A DNA stretch of 59,707 nucleotides, the filler included, from Sphacelaria rigidula (taxonomy: Eukaryota), in the NCBI GenBank assembly GCA_964200075.2. It is 8 parts of 8 records of this genome, joined end to end, with 100 filler letters (N's around TTAATTAATTAA, not from the genome) between each part and the next. Parts side by side here need not be neighbours in the genome. Positions count along the whole stretch, not along the records: positions 1 to 7,377 come from CAXNAA020015191.1; positions 7,478 to 14,854 come from CAXNAA020015192.1; 6 more parts are not named here. One strand, 5' to 3'. The notes under the pieces are model-generated. The model was not told the DNA's origin. It ran no database searches and worked only from the letters and a program-made list of their open reading frames with translations. Below are positions 1-12,557 of this stretch, piece after piece (position 1 is the first letter of the stretch; each line of letters starts with the position of its first letter). Position numbers and translations under genes: made by a program.

Positions 1-59
1 GGGTGGTGTGGGTCCAGGATTTTTTTTTTGTGCGCCCTTGCCCCATCATAAAAAATTCA

Positions 60-1302
60 TCTGCAGAAGTTAACGCCGTTTTCAGGAGTTAAACCCTGAT
101 TGTTTCCACGAATCTGCCTTGGATCATCACAACACTTTGGACGGAAGATATTTTTATTCGTGATTCTCTCAGCGGTTTGCGGGGGTTCCAGGGTTCTTCG
201 GGACCTTGGACTCCATGGGACCCCAAAAAACCGGTGGAAAACAAAAAGGATGACACGTCGCCCATCGAAACTTTTATAATAATGGCTCATAGTATGCCTG
301 TGCAAAGTTCAATGATCTTCTGTAACTCCTAGAAACGGCGTGGAGTTTTGCAATGAAGTGGGCTTGAAACATACAAATTCCTGTCTGCTTGGTTTGAGTA
401 TGAAGGTGTCTATCCCGGGCATGTTGAGAAACCTGTAGGAGGTTTTCGAGTTTCACAACCAAATTTTGTACATATATGTGTTCGTTGGACCACCGGGGAC
501 GGATAATTGTAGGCTTTTTTTCTTTGAGGCATTCTGTACCGCCTACCGGGGGTCTTCACGCGCTGGGAACGCCGAGAGTCGGTATAGAGCAGAGAAGCCC
601 TGACATATTGTCAGCAACAAATTTTCCCGATTCGAGCAGCAATACCCACGAAACTACAAACTTGAGGGTGATCTGAGCTTTTCCATGACAGATGAAGGAA
701 ATATTCCTCGGTCAGTCGTGTTTAGATCGGTGGAGATACGACGACGCCAAAGCCCCACATCAGCCAAACACCACGATTCCGGGTATAACTAGATCCCACG
801 GTACAGTACCCCTTTCCAACTGTTTTTCCTGTTATTCCGGAGCTGAAGTCGATCAATACGATTTGAGGTATTTGGAGATGGGATAGAAAGTGGGGTGAGA
901 ATTCGTGTTTTCCAATTTCAGAACGATTCGAGGGCGCTGATTGATCGAGTTACCTTCTCGTCCTTGGCGCCACCCCCATGGCCTTCAACGAAAGTCTGGC
1001 TATGTCACCCTCTTCGTCTGTTCATTGCGGTCAGTATGATACCGTGTGTGCGACTTTTGGGTAGGTATCGCGGAAGGCATTTCCTGATGACACAATTTCT
1101 GGTTACGAGCGTGCACCAGCCTGTACGCCTTTTGGCCGAAACAAATGTTTCTTCATCGCTTGTTCCATGCATCACACCATTTGCTCTTCACGTCCACCTA
1201 CGCCTGCAAAAATCATCTTCCAAAACACCCGCAGAACTTTCAGCAGATACGTGGACGAGAGTCCCGAGGCGTGCGAAGGGATGGCGTGCATTTTTGGCTA
1301 CG
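60..1302 (+). repeat. Diverged dispersed element of unknown class, homologous to ~20400-21700 (-)
   Basis: Collinear matching blocks with the reverse complement of contig 3, e.g. GCGCCACCCCCATGGCCTT (~967-985) vs GCGCCACCACTATGGCCTT, and translated DFWVGIAEG vs DNWVGIADG. Boundaries are approximate. Confidence 0.55.
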
Positions 1303-1745
1303 AACACGGGGTCTTACAAATTGGGGATGGATCTTTTATTGGGGATGAGAACCCGGAAGATTAAAATCTTCGTATCCACACTAAATCTTCGAATGTGGTT
1401 CCATTTCTTCATCTACTGATAGCTTTTGACAACTGCTACACGCCACAAAAGTTTGAAATTCGATCACCGAAATGTTGGGATCCTGGGTGAAAAACCAAAT
1501 TTGGGGAATTCCGGGTGTCCGAACCGATGCCAAAATGGTTCCGAGATTGTTTTTTATACCTAGGACCCCAACATTTCGGTGATCGAAATCCGAATTTCTG
1601 TGGCGTATGGCAGTTGTCAAAAGCTATCAGTAGGTGAAGAAATGGAAGCATATTTCGAAGATTTGGTGTGGGTACGAAGATTTTAATTCTCCGGGTTCCT
1701 CATCCCCAATAAAAGATCCATCCCCCATTTGTAAGATCCCGTGTT
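1303..1745. mobile_element. Foldback MITE (~440 bp) with ~200-bp inverted arms
   Basis: AACACGGGGTCTTACAAA...TTTGTAAGATCCCGTGTT, with arms complementary over ~200 bp. TACG flanks both sides (1299-1302, 1746-1749). Confidence 0.85.
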
Positions 1746-3020
1746 TACGGGGCCGGCCTCACGATGCACGTGGGTACAAGTGGTGAAAAAGCCGAGTGCG
1801 AAACCCGAACGAACGTGACCGCGCGACAACAAATTCGCTGAACCCGCAAAAGTTGGTAATGATGATGACCGGGAAAAAGAGGTGAGCGTCCGTCTGCTGT
1901 CGCTCAAAAAGTCAAGTAACAGTTGACTAACAGTTAGCAAATTTCATTATTAATATTAGACCGATGTGCTATAAGAAGAAAAAACATCAAAGCACGTACG
2001 TACGCATTACCATGTCCCACCGGTAGACTACTTTGAAGTCTCACCCGCTTCATTTGTTTATCATCATCTGTCCGCATGTGAACTATTCTTCGTCCCGGTC
2101 TCGAAAAAGAGTAGTAAACTTGTTTGAAATCCTCACACATACAACTGTTGTCCGCTGCAGGACTTTGGACACACAACACGATAAAAACCCTCCCTCACAA
2201 CAGCACTCACTTACCGAAAATGGGCCAGACAAAACTGATCGAGAGAAAACAAAGCCAAGGGTGAAAGCGAAATGAGATACACAAGGAACCAGCATGAGAA
2301 TAACGACTAGGAGCCCAAACCACGTGCTCTTCCACGCAACAGACCAAGTAACTTCCACGCAACAGATCAAGAAACACCGCAAAAGATACACAATAACGTC
2401 CACACGTACATACGACACACACCAACCACTCCACGAGAAACAGATGCTGCAGGGGGAAGGGTTCATCTCCCCGCAGCAACCACGTGGCCAAACAGCCGAT
2501 ACATGTGCACATTACACTACACACACCGTACATGAAATGATCCAGCTGACTAGTCGGCTGGAAATACAAAACATGACATGCAGCAATCACTATAGAGAGC
2601 AGCCCCCGTTTTCTTTACTCTCCATCTTTCTCCTCTAGCGTATCACCGCGTTCTCAGGCACCAACATCCCAACCGTATAATAAATAGAAAGTATCATACG
2701 CCTCAAGCAAGTTTAATATATAGATCTAGACCCACTCATGTGTTGAAAAGGGGTCTCAACAGCAATCCCCCCCCTTCACACCGGAGCGGTCCAACGCCCG
2801 CCCTTTCAGTCCGCCAAACCAATACACCGCTAGACCGTTGACCCATCGAACAGTTTTACAGTTGAAGCGCGGCACGGCCCTGGAGCAGTACATCACCAGG
2901 CCATCACGCGGCCGTGGTGTTACACCGGTAGGCCGTTACATCGCCATAGAATTATGCCACAAGACCGCTACACCGCCGCGGTGTTACACCGATACAGCTT
3001 ATAGCCGATACGCCATCGCA

Positions 3021-3158
3021 TCACCCGGTAAGAGCGTTGCGAACGTTTCTAGGGGTAGTGTCGGAGTTGTAGTGCATCGTCGAGTAACGCAAGCAAGCCC
3101 TCAGCTGTTCCCCCGTAGCGCCGCCGTGCTTGTTGAGGGCCTTGATACACTTGACAAC
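3021..3158 (-). CDS. CYRI/FAM49-family protein, terminal coding exon
   Basis: CAG acceptor, phase 0. VVKCIKALNKHGGATGEQLRACLRYSTMHYNSDTTPRNVRNALTG* resembles the FAM49 C-terminus (CIKVL...LRYTTKHLNDETT). Confidence 0.85.
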   Translation of the reverse strand, partial: VVKCIKALNKHGGATGEQLRACLRYSTMHYNSDTTPRNVRNALTG

Positions 3159-3824
3159 CTGTGATCACATCCCGAAACGGGAGACGAGTTCTAAGTTTCG
3201 TCGACGTTCATGGCCGTGAGCGCGATAATTGATTGCGAAAAGCAAGATGGTGCGAAAAGCATGTACAGTACCGCATGCATGATTTCCACCACCACTTCTA
3301 CTACTAGTCCGTAGCATTCTTTTCATCGCGCATGCTGCGCTCTCAAAACAGGATGCTCACACCATAGAAGCTGACAGCGCTGCGTACAACGTGTAGGTTA
3401 GAGTGCATATACACAATTGACATCGAATCATTCAACGACTCGCGAGCACGAAGCACTCGCTTTCAGTAGGTCACCTCGACAACATCTTCGTGAAAGCACG
3501 CGCAGTTATTGGCGTGAAGACGCAGAAACGGCCTTTCCTTGAAGACAATCTTCGAATGGGGAACTGCGGACACTCTCCGAACGCGATAGAAACTGATGAC
3601 TGCGTCAGGCTACAAACACCGGCGGCCGGAATTGCGCTCACCAAAGGTATCACCACACGCCCATTCCAGTAAAATGACACTTCTTTACCGCCTGTATGTA
3701 GCACCGTGTTTCACCGAGCAAATTTTGCGTTTGAGAATCATGCTGACGCCACCCGCCCACACACTGTCAAAATGGGCCGGTTCTGCTGCACTTTTTTTTA
3801 TGCTACTGGTCGAAATCATCTCAC

Positions 3825-3930
3825 CCCGACGCCTGATCTTTTAACGAACACCCCCGAGTCAGTGATGCGATCATAGAGGACGGCCGCGCTGGTCATGGCC
3901 ATGAGCAGCTGACGATTCGTCTCGTCGTTC
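3825..3930 (-). CDS. CYRI/FAM49-family protein, internal exon
   Basis: CAG/GTGAG sites, phase 2 in and 0 out. (Q)NDETNRQLLMAMTSAAVLYDRITDSGVFVKRSGVG resembles FAM49 NEET..[22 protein letters not shown].K.S. Confidence 0.85.
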
Positions 3931-5167
3931 CTGTATGCATAATGACAAGAAGCAGGAGGAAACGACAGACTGGGATCACAAGAAGAAAAAACAAGAAACG
4001 AGAAAATTCGAGAAAAGCAAACAATCTCGAGACTACAGTGAGGACGAACCAGTAGTTTTTATAAAGATCTATACTTCCACGAACACCTCGAACCACTCAC
4101 GTACGGTGTGCTTGGAAGGTGAAAGCTGTACGCAAGCCGAACTCGAACTCGGGGGCTCATCCAAGCGCACCCAAACCCCGTTTTCTTGACTGCGTGTTTC
4201 TAAAAACTCTTACAGTACCAACAATTTAGAATCTTCACTGCAGGATCATTCCTACGTTGAAGCCACCTCAGAAACGCCAACAGTGACATACAAAGGCGAG
4301 AACATGGCCAAATAGACTTCCCATCCAAGCGGTTCATTTTAACTCCATCACGCCTCAGACAACAGAATACAATAGTCGAAACAGTGTACTGCGTACAGTA
4401 TAAAACCTCTGGTCAATTACAAGAGACGAAATAGCCGTTAGAGTACGCAGTACACTTTTTGACAATGTAATTTATTTGTTGTTATCCAGGGTATGCACTC
4501 GGTCAGATTGAGTGAGAAACAGATCATTCCCCGCCGCGCCCCGACGACCTAATGGTACAACCGAAGCCATCACGTCGGAAGGATACGGGTTCACTTCCCG
4601 GCAGGGAGGCATCTGGGTTTCTTCCGAAAAATATCTGATTCCCGTTGCCGAACACGTGAGAATGTGATGAGCCAATAGAGTTTGTTCGCCGAATGCCCAC
4701 GAGATGGAAGAGTATACAACAGATCCAATCCCCGTCAGCAAAATTCAAGGCGTGTACAGGGGGAGGAATGAGATGGTCCCTTGACACCAGGGACTCTTTT
4801 CCCGAGAAATGGGAAAGGTTGAAAAAGTGCTTAGAAAAACAAAACGGTAGAATATACACAAGGAATCATCTGATGCGCAGACAAAACGTTACTATCGGAG
4901 CCGGCTTCATGGTGGGGGAGCGCGCGCAGCACTCCTTATGCCTGCCTACGCAAACTTCTATGAACTGCGACACTCGTCTGCTTGACAACTGAACGCGGAA
5001 ACGCGATCCTCGTTGGCCACACTATCGCGTCTCTCTCTTTATGTAAACAAATGATATGCTGATCAACGGGCTTCAGCGTTCATGTCACATTCGAACTATT
5101 TCTCGGAAATATGTAGCGTTACATCTGGGGATCCCGAGGGACGGGTAGATGGAGCGGCAGCACTCAC

Positions 5168-5295
5168 TGATAAATCCGCCTCTGTACCATGCCGCAGCAC
5201 ATATTGGCCACCGTCGCGATGACGTTCGCCACCCTCGGCTTCCGTCTAGCAGTGTCCGCGGTTACCCTGGACAACATCACCATGAATGGCATGTT
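5168..5295 (-). CDS. CYRI/FAM49-family protein, internal exon (upstream exons not found in this contig)
   Basis: TTTTGTTGCAG acceptor and GTGAG donor. NMPFMVMLSRVTADTARRKPRVANVIATVANMCCGMVQRRIY ends in phase 2 and splices in frame to 3930. Confidence 0.8.
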
Positions 5296-6098
5296 CTGCA
5301 ACAAAACGAGAATAAATAGGAGCAAGATGAAGAGGAGGAGGAGGAGGAGGAGCACACGGAGGAGGCAAAAAAAAACCCCGATCAATCCTCGACATTCGAC
5401 AAACGCCATTCTCCATACTCATGGAGGTGCGAATGAGGAACGTTTCTGACATTCGTGAACAGGCCAAGCCGGGACAGCAGCGAGCTAGTGCAGTAGACGT
5501 GTACACCAAGGGAGGAAAACGATGCCATAAGTGATGCAGCACATCAACGAGCGACGAACCATTGTCCCCGGATTTTTTCAGTTGGGGGGGTGTTATGTAA
5601 CGAGGGAGAGCGAAGGGGGGACAGGGGGCGTACTCATTTGTTGCTTGCCTCAGTCGGGTGATCATTGACCACGCATCCTTTTCGAGACGGAGCACCGTTC
5701 CTATTTCTAATTGGCACCTTCAACATTTCGGTTTTCATCACGCTCTTTCATACATTACATAGAAACCTTTTTTAAACATCTTATCCCCGTCCTGTTTCGC
5801 TGTCTCTGGCCACCATCCATCTCCCAGTATAGCCATTGCTTTTTCGCTACTGTCTGGTGAATCAAACAGTTTCATGCCACCCTCGTTCACGTCCCGCATT
5901 TCCCCTTTAGCACGTCCCGTTCCTCCTTGTTTAGTTCACATTTTGCCACTTTATGAGCTCTACTCTCTGTTGCTTCCTCCTGCACTCGACCACTGGTATA
6001 TTTCTTCTCTGTGGCAAGTCCAGGTCCCCCACCCGAAATCGCAGTTTCAATTTTATCGCCGCGTCCATTGGGCCCTGCAGATTTGTCTTCGTTCTCAT

Positions 6099-6187
6099 GT
6101 TCAGGAAGTGAACAGTTTACCCATTGAACCAATGAGCGCTTACTGGTCAAAATGGGTCATACTTCGAAGTATGTTCGCTTCCTGAAC
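6099..6187. repeat. Small hairpin element, copy 1
   Basis: GTTCAGGAAGTGAACA...TGTTCGCTTCCTGAAC inverted termini; similar copy at 6851-6933. Confidence 0.7.
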
Positions 6188-6244
6188 AGGATATAAACTA
6201 TTTATCCTTCGCCACGGGCCACGGAATAGACTAATAATAGTGTT

Positions 6245-6495
6245 ACAGTTCGCACGACGAAAATGTCGGCGACCCTGAACAGTCACTGGGATATCAGGAG
6301 ACTAGATATGAAAAGGACATTGTGGCAGCCCAAGTGAGGGTAAGACACGTGCTTGATGCTCTCTCTTGCCTTCGAGACTAGCAACAAGCATCTGTCCCGC
6401 CCTGACTTGGACTGCCACAAAGTCTCTTCCGTATCTAGTCTCCGGATATCCCAGTGATTGGTCAGGGTCGCCGACATTTTCGTCGTGCAAACTGT
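6245..6495. mobile_element. Palindromic MITE-like element (~250 bp)
   Basis: ACAGTTCGCACGACGAAAATGTCGGCGACCCTGA...TCAGGGTCGCCGACATTTTCGTCGTGCAAACTGT, arms ~95 bp. Confidence 0.8.
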
Positions 6496-6675
6496 CGCCG
6501 GCCATGGTGAACCCCCAGTCAATTTTTTTTCGCCCCTCGCGAAGTTGATCTCAAAATGGGTAAACTGTTCGCTTCTTGAATAAAAGACAAAACTATCTAT
6601 CCTTCGCCATGGGCCACAGACTACACTAGTGTCACAACCGGTTTTGGGCAAATTGGCAGATCAAGTGAGCGCTCA

Positions 6676-6740
6676 CTGGTGTCTCAGTGGTCAAATGTTC
6701 GCTTGTGGAACAAGAGGTCGGGAGTTCGAGTCTCCAGACG
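6676..6740 (+). other. Degenerate tRNA-like sequence (possible SINE head or tRNA pseudogene)
   Basis: A-box-like TGTCTCAGTGG and B-box-like AGTTCGAGTCT at tRNA spacing, TTGTGGA at the anticodon-loop position. Stems pair poorly. Confidence 0.4.
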
Positions 6741-6850
6741 ATCGATTGTTGGTGGAATTTAAAATGTCAACAGTGAGGCTTGCGAGGGGCAACGGGCCCC
6801 GAAGATCACTGAAGTGTCATGCCGGGACAGACCACACAGCATATATTTTC

Positions 6851-6933
6851 GTTCAGGAAGCGAACAGTTTACCAATTGAACCAGTAAGCGCTCTGCTAAC
6901 TGGTTCAATGGGTGAACAGTTCGCTTCCTGAAC
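6851..6933. repeat. Small hairpin element, copy 2
   Basis: GTTCAGGAAGCGAACAGTTTACCAATTGAACCAGT...ACTGGTTCAATGGGTGAACAGTTCGCTTCCTGAAC, near-perfect ~35-bp stem. Confidence 0.75.
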
Positions 6934-7377
6934 ACTCTATCCCTTCTCTCAACACTCGGTATATCTTCAGGTGTTCTTCCTCGTCTACTTTTGCGTTTGG
7001 GCGTTTCTTATTCCCTTATTTCCACCATGTTCCTTACTTTGTTTTGAACCCGGCACCTTCACCTATGGACATCGTCTCATCTTGGTTTCCTCCCATCTCC
7101 TTCCATACTTTCTCGACTTCTCTATCCCACCTTATTCCAGCCCTTTCGTCATTTTCTTCTATACAGCCCTCCCAACTATGGCTGGCGATATTTCCCTGTA
7201 TCTTCTTCATGCTTCATTGTCATCCCAGATTTCGCATGTCTCTATTTTAAGTGGGTACATTCCCAACTCTACTCTCAATGCTGTATTACTCGTCGTTCTT
7301 GAGGCAGGGGAGAGTGGGGGGGGGGGGGGGGGGGGGGTGTGAGTGTTGGACGTGTGTGTTTGGTTTAGGTGCAGCAG

Positions 7378-7477
7378 NNNNNNNNNNNNNNNNNNNNNNN
7401 NNNNNNNNNNNNNNNNNNNNNTTAATTAATTAANNNNNNNNNNNNNNNNNNNNNNNNNNNNNNNNNNNNNNNNNNNN
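7378..7477. other. Artificial contig linker
   Basis: N44-TTAATTAATTAA-N44 (stops in all six frames). Confidence 0.99.
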
Positions 7478-7869
7478 CTGTGGAGCAATAGGTTGTCGAA
7501 CTTGATGTCGATATGTATCTGGTCGAATAATAGGTACATGGAGAACCAATCCATACCTATGCCCGGTAACAGCAGCTGCGAAATCTCGATATCGATAACT
7601 GTTAGAGGTACTAATAGGGACCCCTATTGGAATAGGATCCTACCGATACTCTATTACCCTATTGCCTATTATCCAGGGTGTGTTAGAGACTAGACCAAAC
7701 TTTGCTTCGCCATCCCGGCGCACGCGAGATGTCGTCAGGGGTTGATTAGCTGTTGGCATCAACCGTGCTCTCGAAATTGCAGCACAGACGGCAAGTGCCC
7801 AGCGCAGAGATTACAGGACACTGTCCATGCTGTCTCATGCAGTGAATTGTAGGTGTCAGTTTGCACACA

Positions 7870-8615
7870 ACAGTTAGACACGCTACTCGGGGCAAAGGGA
7901 GTGTGAACAAGCTGTTTGAGGAAATCACATCGACCGACGACAATAATTCCCCTTTTCCTTCCTTGTCCTGGGATGCTCCGCCCAAATATACATGCTTTTA
8001 CAATCCAATCTCTTGACGGGTTGATTACAGGCGCAGGCAGCACCCTCCCTGGTCACACCCTACATCCTAATGCTGACCATCCACATTCACCCTTTAGCAG
8101 CGGCCTTGTCCTAGTACTTTGAAGGCGTACACTCTCAACCTGAAATATATATATATATAACTTCCGGCTCACTGATCTGACAGAGGGACGCACCCTGAAA
8201 TGGCCACTGCAGTATCATGCATTGGGGTTTGGAGCACCCAACGCAACAATCGGCGCTCGAATCGCGCACGTAACCGTAGAGAGCCACCCGGGCGAGATCT
8301 ATTCCTAGGTGGAGTGTTCCCAGCAACGCGCCGTTCCCAATGGATGCAAGTGAAAATTAATCACGGCCAATCCGCAAATAACATTTGATCCTGTACTATT
8401 GAATGCGGCAGTATAAGCCTTGTACTGCCTGCACTGCACGTTGTCGAGATCATTTTCGGCAGCCGTTGGGTACAGCATGGCATGTGGGTCCTACTGTTCA
8501 ATGCGGGAGTGCAGACAGTACAGGACTGCCTGGTGTTGTCTGTATTGCACGTAATCCACATCTCTCACGCGGTACGCATCATCTTTCATTACAGCCGGGC
8601 GTACTACTGTTAGAC
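7870..8615 (-). repeat. Two repeat blocks (B ~7870-8142, A ~8380-8615) with inverted copies at 12052-12557
   Basis: e.g. CCTTGTCCTAGTACTTTGAAGGCGTACACTCTCAACCTG vs CAGGTTGAGAGTGTATGCCTTCAAAGTACTAGGACAAGG. Confidence 0.85.
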
Positions 8616-9780
8616 CTATAAATCGAGGCCAAAACATAAAATATATTTTTTCAAAAACTGTTAAGGATCTTCCTGTTGGAAAGCCGCACAAGCCAATGAG
8701 ATGGGAATGATCAGCCCAGTCGGTCGGCAAAGAGGCAAAAGGGCCTCCCGGTCGGTCGGGAAAAGAAGCGCAGAAGGCCATCTGCACGCATAACAATCAC
8801 CTCTCCCTGCTACACTGCATCGCCCGTACGGTCTGTTTATCATTCGTTCTCACACCAAAACTGTAACAGTGCGACACAGGTAACCCACCCTAGGGTACCC
8901 GTCTGTATAGGTCGAGACAAAGCCGATCGAAAACGCACGGTGCAGTACCGCAGCGCAGTGCAATGCTTTATATTACAGTAGGGTGTTGTCTTCTCTATCC
9001 CCCCGTTGCGTTCGTTCCGTTTGTCTATGGGTATCACCGAGGATCAGACTATATCAAACCCTTCGACACCGTCCCCCCTTCCTGCCTCCGGTTGCAAAAT
9101 AAAGCCCTTGGACTGCCACGGTGACCCTTCATTTTTGAATTGTATACTTCCTCCATGACGCACAACTTACCCATCCTGAGGTGGCTGTCTTCTGTGTAAG
9201 TTGACAAAGCCAAAGTGCACCGTATAGCACGGTACAATGCAGCACAGTATAACGCAGTACAGTACAGCGTTATCTTCTCAATGCCCCCCGCCGCATTCGT
9301 TCCTTTTCCGTGGGTGTCGTCGAGTATCGGATTACTGCTTTGGAGAGCGTCACCTCTTTCCGCCCGCTCTCAAAGTGACGCGTGATCATCAGGATGGTGT
9401 CTTGCGTTCACTTTTCAGGTCAAAATCTCTGGAGATGGTCACCTCTTCCTACAATAGCCGGCTCTAAACTTGAACTATTTGACCTCCCATTGGGCCATAT
9501 GGGTTTTTGATTCATTTTTCAAGTGAAAACTATGCCGATACAACATTTGACCGACCCTGAGATGAGAGACACTTGTCCGTGTATTCCCGACGTACAAGCT
9601 CAAGTCGCAGCAGACGGAGGCTGTAGAGGCGGCGCAACGAATATGGCTGTACCATGATGCACAATTTAGTCATCATAATGATTTCTGTTCCAGTACATGC
9701 TATGTTCTTTACCTTGATTCCCTCGTGCGACTGTGTATGTACGCAAGCAGCAGCGCTTTTCTGAACAGAAGATGTCACAG

Positions 9781-11737
9781 TTATGGGTAGGAATGGAGGC
9801 CGATTTTGGGTACTATATTCATGGAAAGTGCAAGCTGAACGCTACATGCGTCAGAAGTGGTCCGTAATCCAACGAATCATATCAATGGAAAATACACGCG
9901 TCACCTACAAGTGACAATTTGGCTCATAAAAAGTGAACTATAGTTCTAGTACATTTATTCAAGCCAGGAAGTGGTCGGTGTTGAGGTCATTTTGTTCCTC
10001 CGGAAAGCTCGCCCCGCATCAGCAGATGAACAATCTTGTTGCACTAGCTAATAGTGTCCTGCTTCTGTCTGTACCAGTCGGAAAGCACACGCCCGCAAGC
10101 TGCGACCCGACATTTACCGTCACTGCGAGATAACAAACAAAAGAGCACGAACAGCAGCTGTCGGGGCTGCTACACACCAACGTAACTGCAGTTAAAGGCG
10201 TACCTGACATTGTGCTAAAACGCGGAAGTACGGAAATTTGGAGATCATGAGCAGCAGCGTTGTGCATCCCAAAACTACCGAGAACGATGCTGATGATGTT
10301 GGCGATCAAGAGGTTCATGCTGTGCGGATTGGCTACGCGCTGCATGTCCTACACACACCTATGACTACGGGATTGGAGAGTGAATTTGTCATGGGCCCCA
10401 TGGGGTCAGGGCCATAGCATGAGTGGAAGGAATCCTATCTTGTCAGCCGCTTGGGCACGGTCTGGTTCTTTCTGTCCAGATCAACATCTTCAACGCCATT
10501 TTTTCGCTATTTTCAGCATGTATGAATATGTGTACAGGCAGTCACTTGAAACATCATGGCTCTGCCGACCTAGGCATACATGGTGCGCAGTCTGAAATCA
10601 AAATCACTCTTCGCGCCTTGGCTTCTCCGCTGAAACCCTCAGACACAACAGCCGAAGTTCATGTGTGGCCTCGCTCTCTGCAACTCAATACATGAAGGGT
10701 ACTCGCTGTGGAAAGGCGAAGTTGCCCTTCGTGCACACCCGTACAGAACGAAGCAGCAGCACCTGGTGGCATGCCACAAAGTGAAATGCCATCCATCACA
10801 CACTGCTCGCCGCAAGAAAAGAAACACGCAGCCCCAAACGAAGCTTGTCAAACATTGGATAGTTTGCATCTCATTCTGATACTATTATATTAATAGAACA
10901 TACAGACAGGCACTACATACATGACCGCAGTCACCAGCAGATGTAACACACATACTCGTACTAAAATCGCTCTCAACGCCTTGGCTTCTGCAATGGAGCC
11001 CTGACATGAAGCAGCCGCCTGCTTTGTCCTTCTTCTGTCAACTCTCTCTCTGTAATTCGACACTTCAAAGGATACTCGCCGTTGAAAGGCGAATTTGCCC
11101 TTTGTGCACAGCCGCACAGAACAAAGCAGCGCCTGGGGGCACGCAACCCAAGTGCATGTTGTCACAACTTGCGTGAAGGAGGAAAAGTAGTATGCGCACC
11201 ATTTTTCTTTGAATTTGCCGTTTTCGAACTCGAAAGACGCTACTGATCCTCAACCCGAAAGTGCCGATCGCGCACCGCTTACAAGTCGGCAACGAAGCGA
11301 GGGATTTGACTGCGGTTTCTTGCGTGCGCTTCCCACACACCCAAGCTATGTCGCAACGTTTAGTTGTAGCGTTTACGCGTGATACTGACTCGCCAATGAC
11401 CTAAATATACGAAAATAAGGTGTTTTCTGCTCTGGGAGGGTTTTTTCGCGACGCCAGCAAAATACTAAATGTTAGCCCCTAGATCTTGTGTGTATGCGGG
11501 GGCCTGTCAAGTGCCGTGGGGCGGCTTGCTTCCTGTATCGAGAACCGCGCGATCTCCAGTGCTACAGCTTTCCCATACTAAATCAACGGAATAAGTGATG
11601 AAGGTCTGTGTTCTGTTCGTGAGGGCCTCGGGACACGTCCGACCACCTACTGACGTGTTTAATATTCCTCCGCGTTATTTCTTATTTCAAACCTTGTGCT
11701 GATTTTTGGTCGTTGGGGCCTCCATTCCTACCCATAA
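9781..11737 (+). mobile_element. Non-autonomous TIR DNA transposon (~1.96 kb), CAG target duplication
   Basis: TIR TTATGGGTAGGAATGGAGGCC / GGCCTCCATTCCTACCCATAA. CAG directly flanks both ends. Interior is homologous to 56703-59407 (-) and holds two ~370-bp internal tandem units. Confidence 0.85.
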
Positions 11738-12051
11738 CAGTGCATCATCCTTTCACGTGCGCGCGCACCGAACCAAAGTCACTTCGCGACCGATTCAGAT
11801 CTGCCCTCCGACGTGTTCCCCGAGGCCCTTTTGGCTGTGATTACTTTTCACTTGCATCCGTTGTGGACGGCGCGTTGCTGGGACAACTTCACCTAGGAAT
11901 AGCTTTGCTCAAGTGGCTCTCTACAGTTACGTGCGCGATTCGACCGCCGATTGTTGCGTTGGGTGCCCCAAACCCTAATGCATCATACCGCAGTGGCCAT
12001 TTCAAGGCACGTCCCGCGATCAGATCAGTGAGCCGGATGTTTTTTTTCTTT

Positions 12052-12557
12052 GCAGGTTGAGAGTGTATGCCTTCAAAGTACTAGGACAAGGCCACTGCTG
12101 TAGGATGGGTGTGGATGGTTAGCAACAGGATGCAGGGTGTGACCGGGGAGGGTGTTGCCTGCGCCTGTAATCAACCGTCAAGAGATTGAATTGTATAAGC
12201 AAGTGCATTGGGCGGAGCATCCCAGGACAAAAAGGAAAGGGGGAATTATTGTCGTTGGTCGTTGTGGTTTCCTCAAACAACCCATCCAATTTTTTTGCCC
12301 CGAGTAGCATGTCTAACAGTACAGTAGTGCTGTACGCCCGGCTGTAGTAAACAATGATGCGTACAGCGTGAGATATGTGGACAACGTGTAATACACACAC
12401 AACTAGGCAGTACTGTACTGTCTGCACTGCCGCATTGAACAGTAGGACCCACATACCATGCTGCACCCAACGGCTGCCGAAAATGATCTGGACAACGCGC
12501 AGTGCAGAGAGTACAAGGCTTGTACTGCCGCATTCACCAGTACAGGATCAAATGTTA
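12052..12557 (+). repeat. Repeat blocks B then A (inverted partners of 7870-8615)
   Basis: Direct sequence comparison; block order is permuted relative to the first copy. Confidence 0.85.

Noticed and set aside
895-1419. 174-aa + strand ORF
   Set aside because: Runs from a decayed repeat into a MITE arm; non-ATG start and no protein-like features.
3475-4189. Candidate minus-strand exons 4105-4189 and 3475-3609 with plausible AG/GT sites
   Set aside because: They are phase-compatible, but their peptides do not resemble CYRI, whereas 3825-3930 supplies exactly the missing conserved segment.
6676-6740. Functional tRNA-His gene
   Set aside because: Acceptor and anticodon stems do not pair convincingly; kept only as tRNA-like.
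7422-7433. TTAATTAATTAA recurring every ~7.48 kb
   Set aside because: Assembly linker with six-frame stops, not a biological periodic signal; ORFs containing X runs across linkers are invalid.
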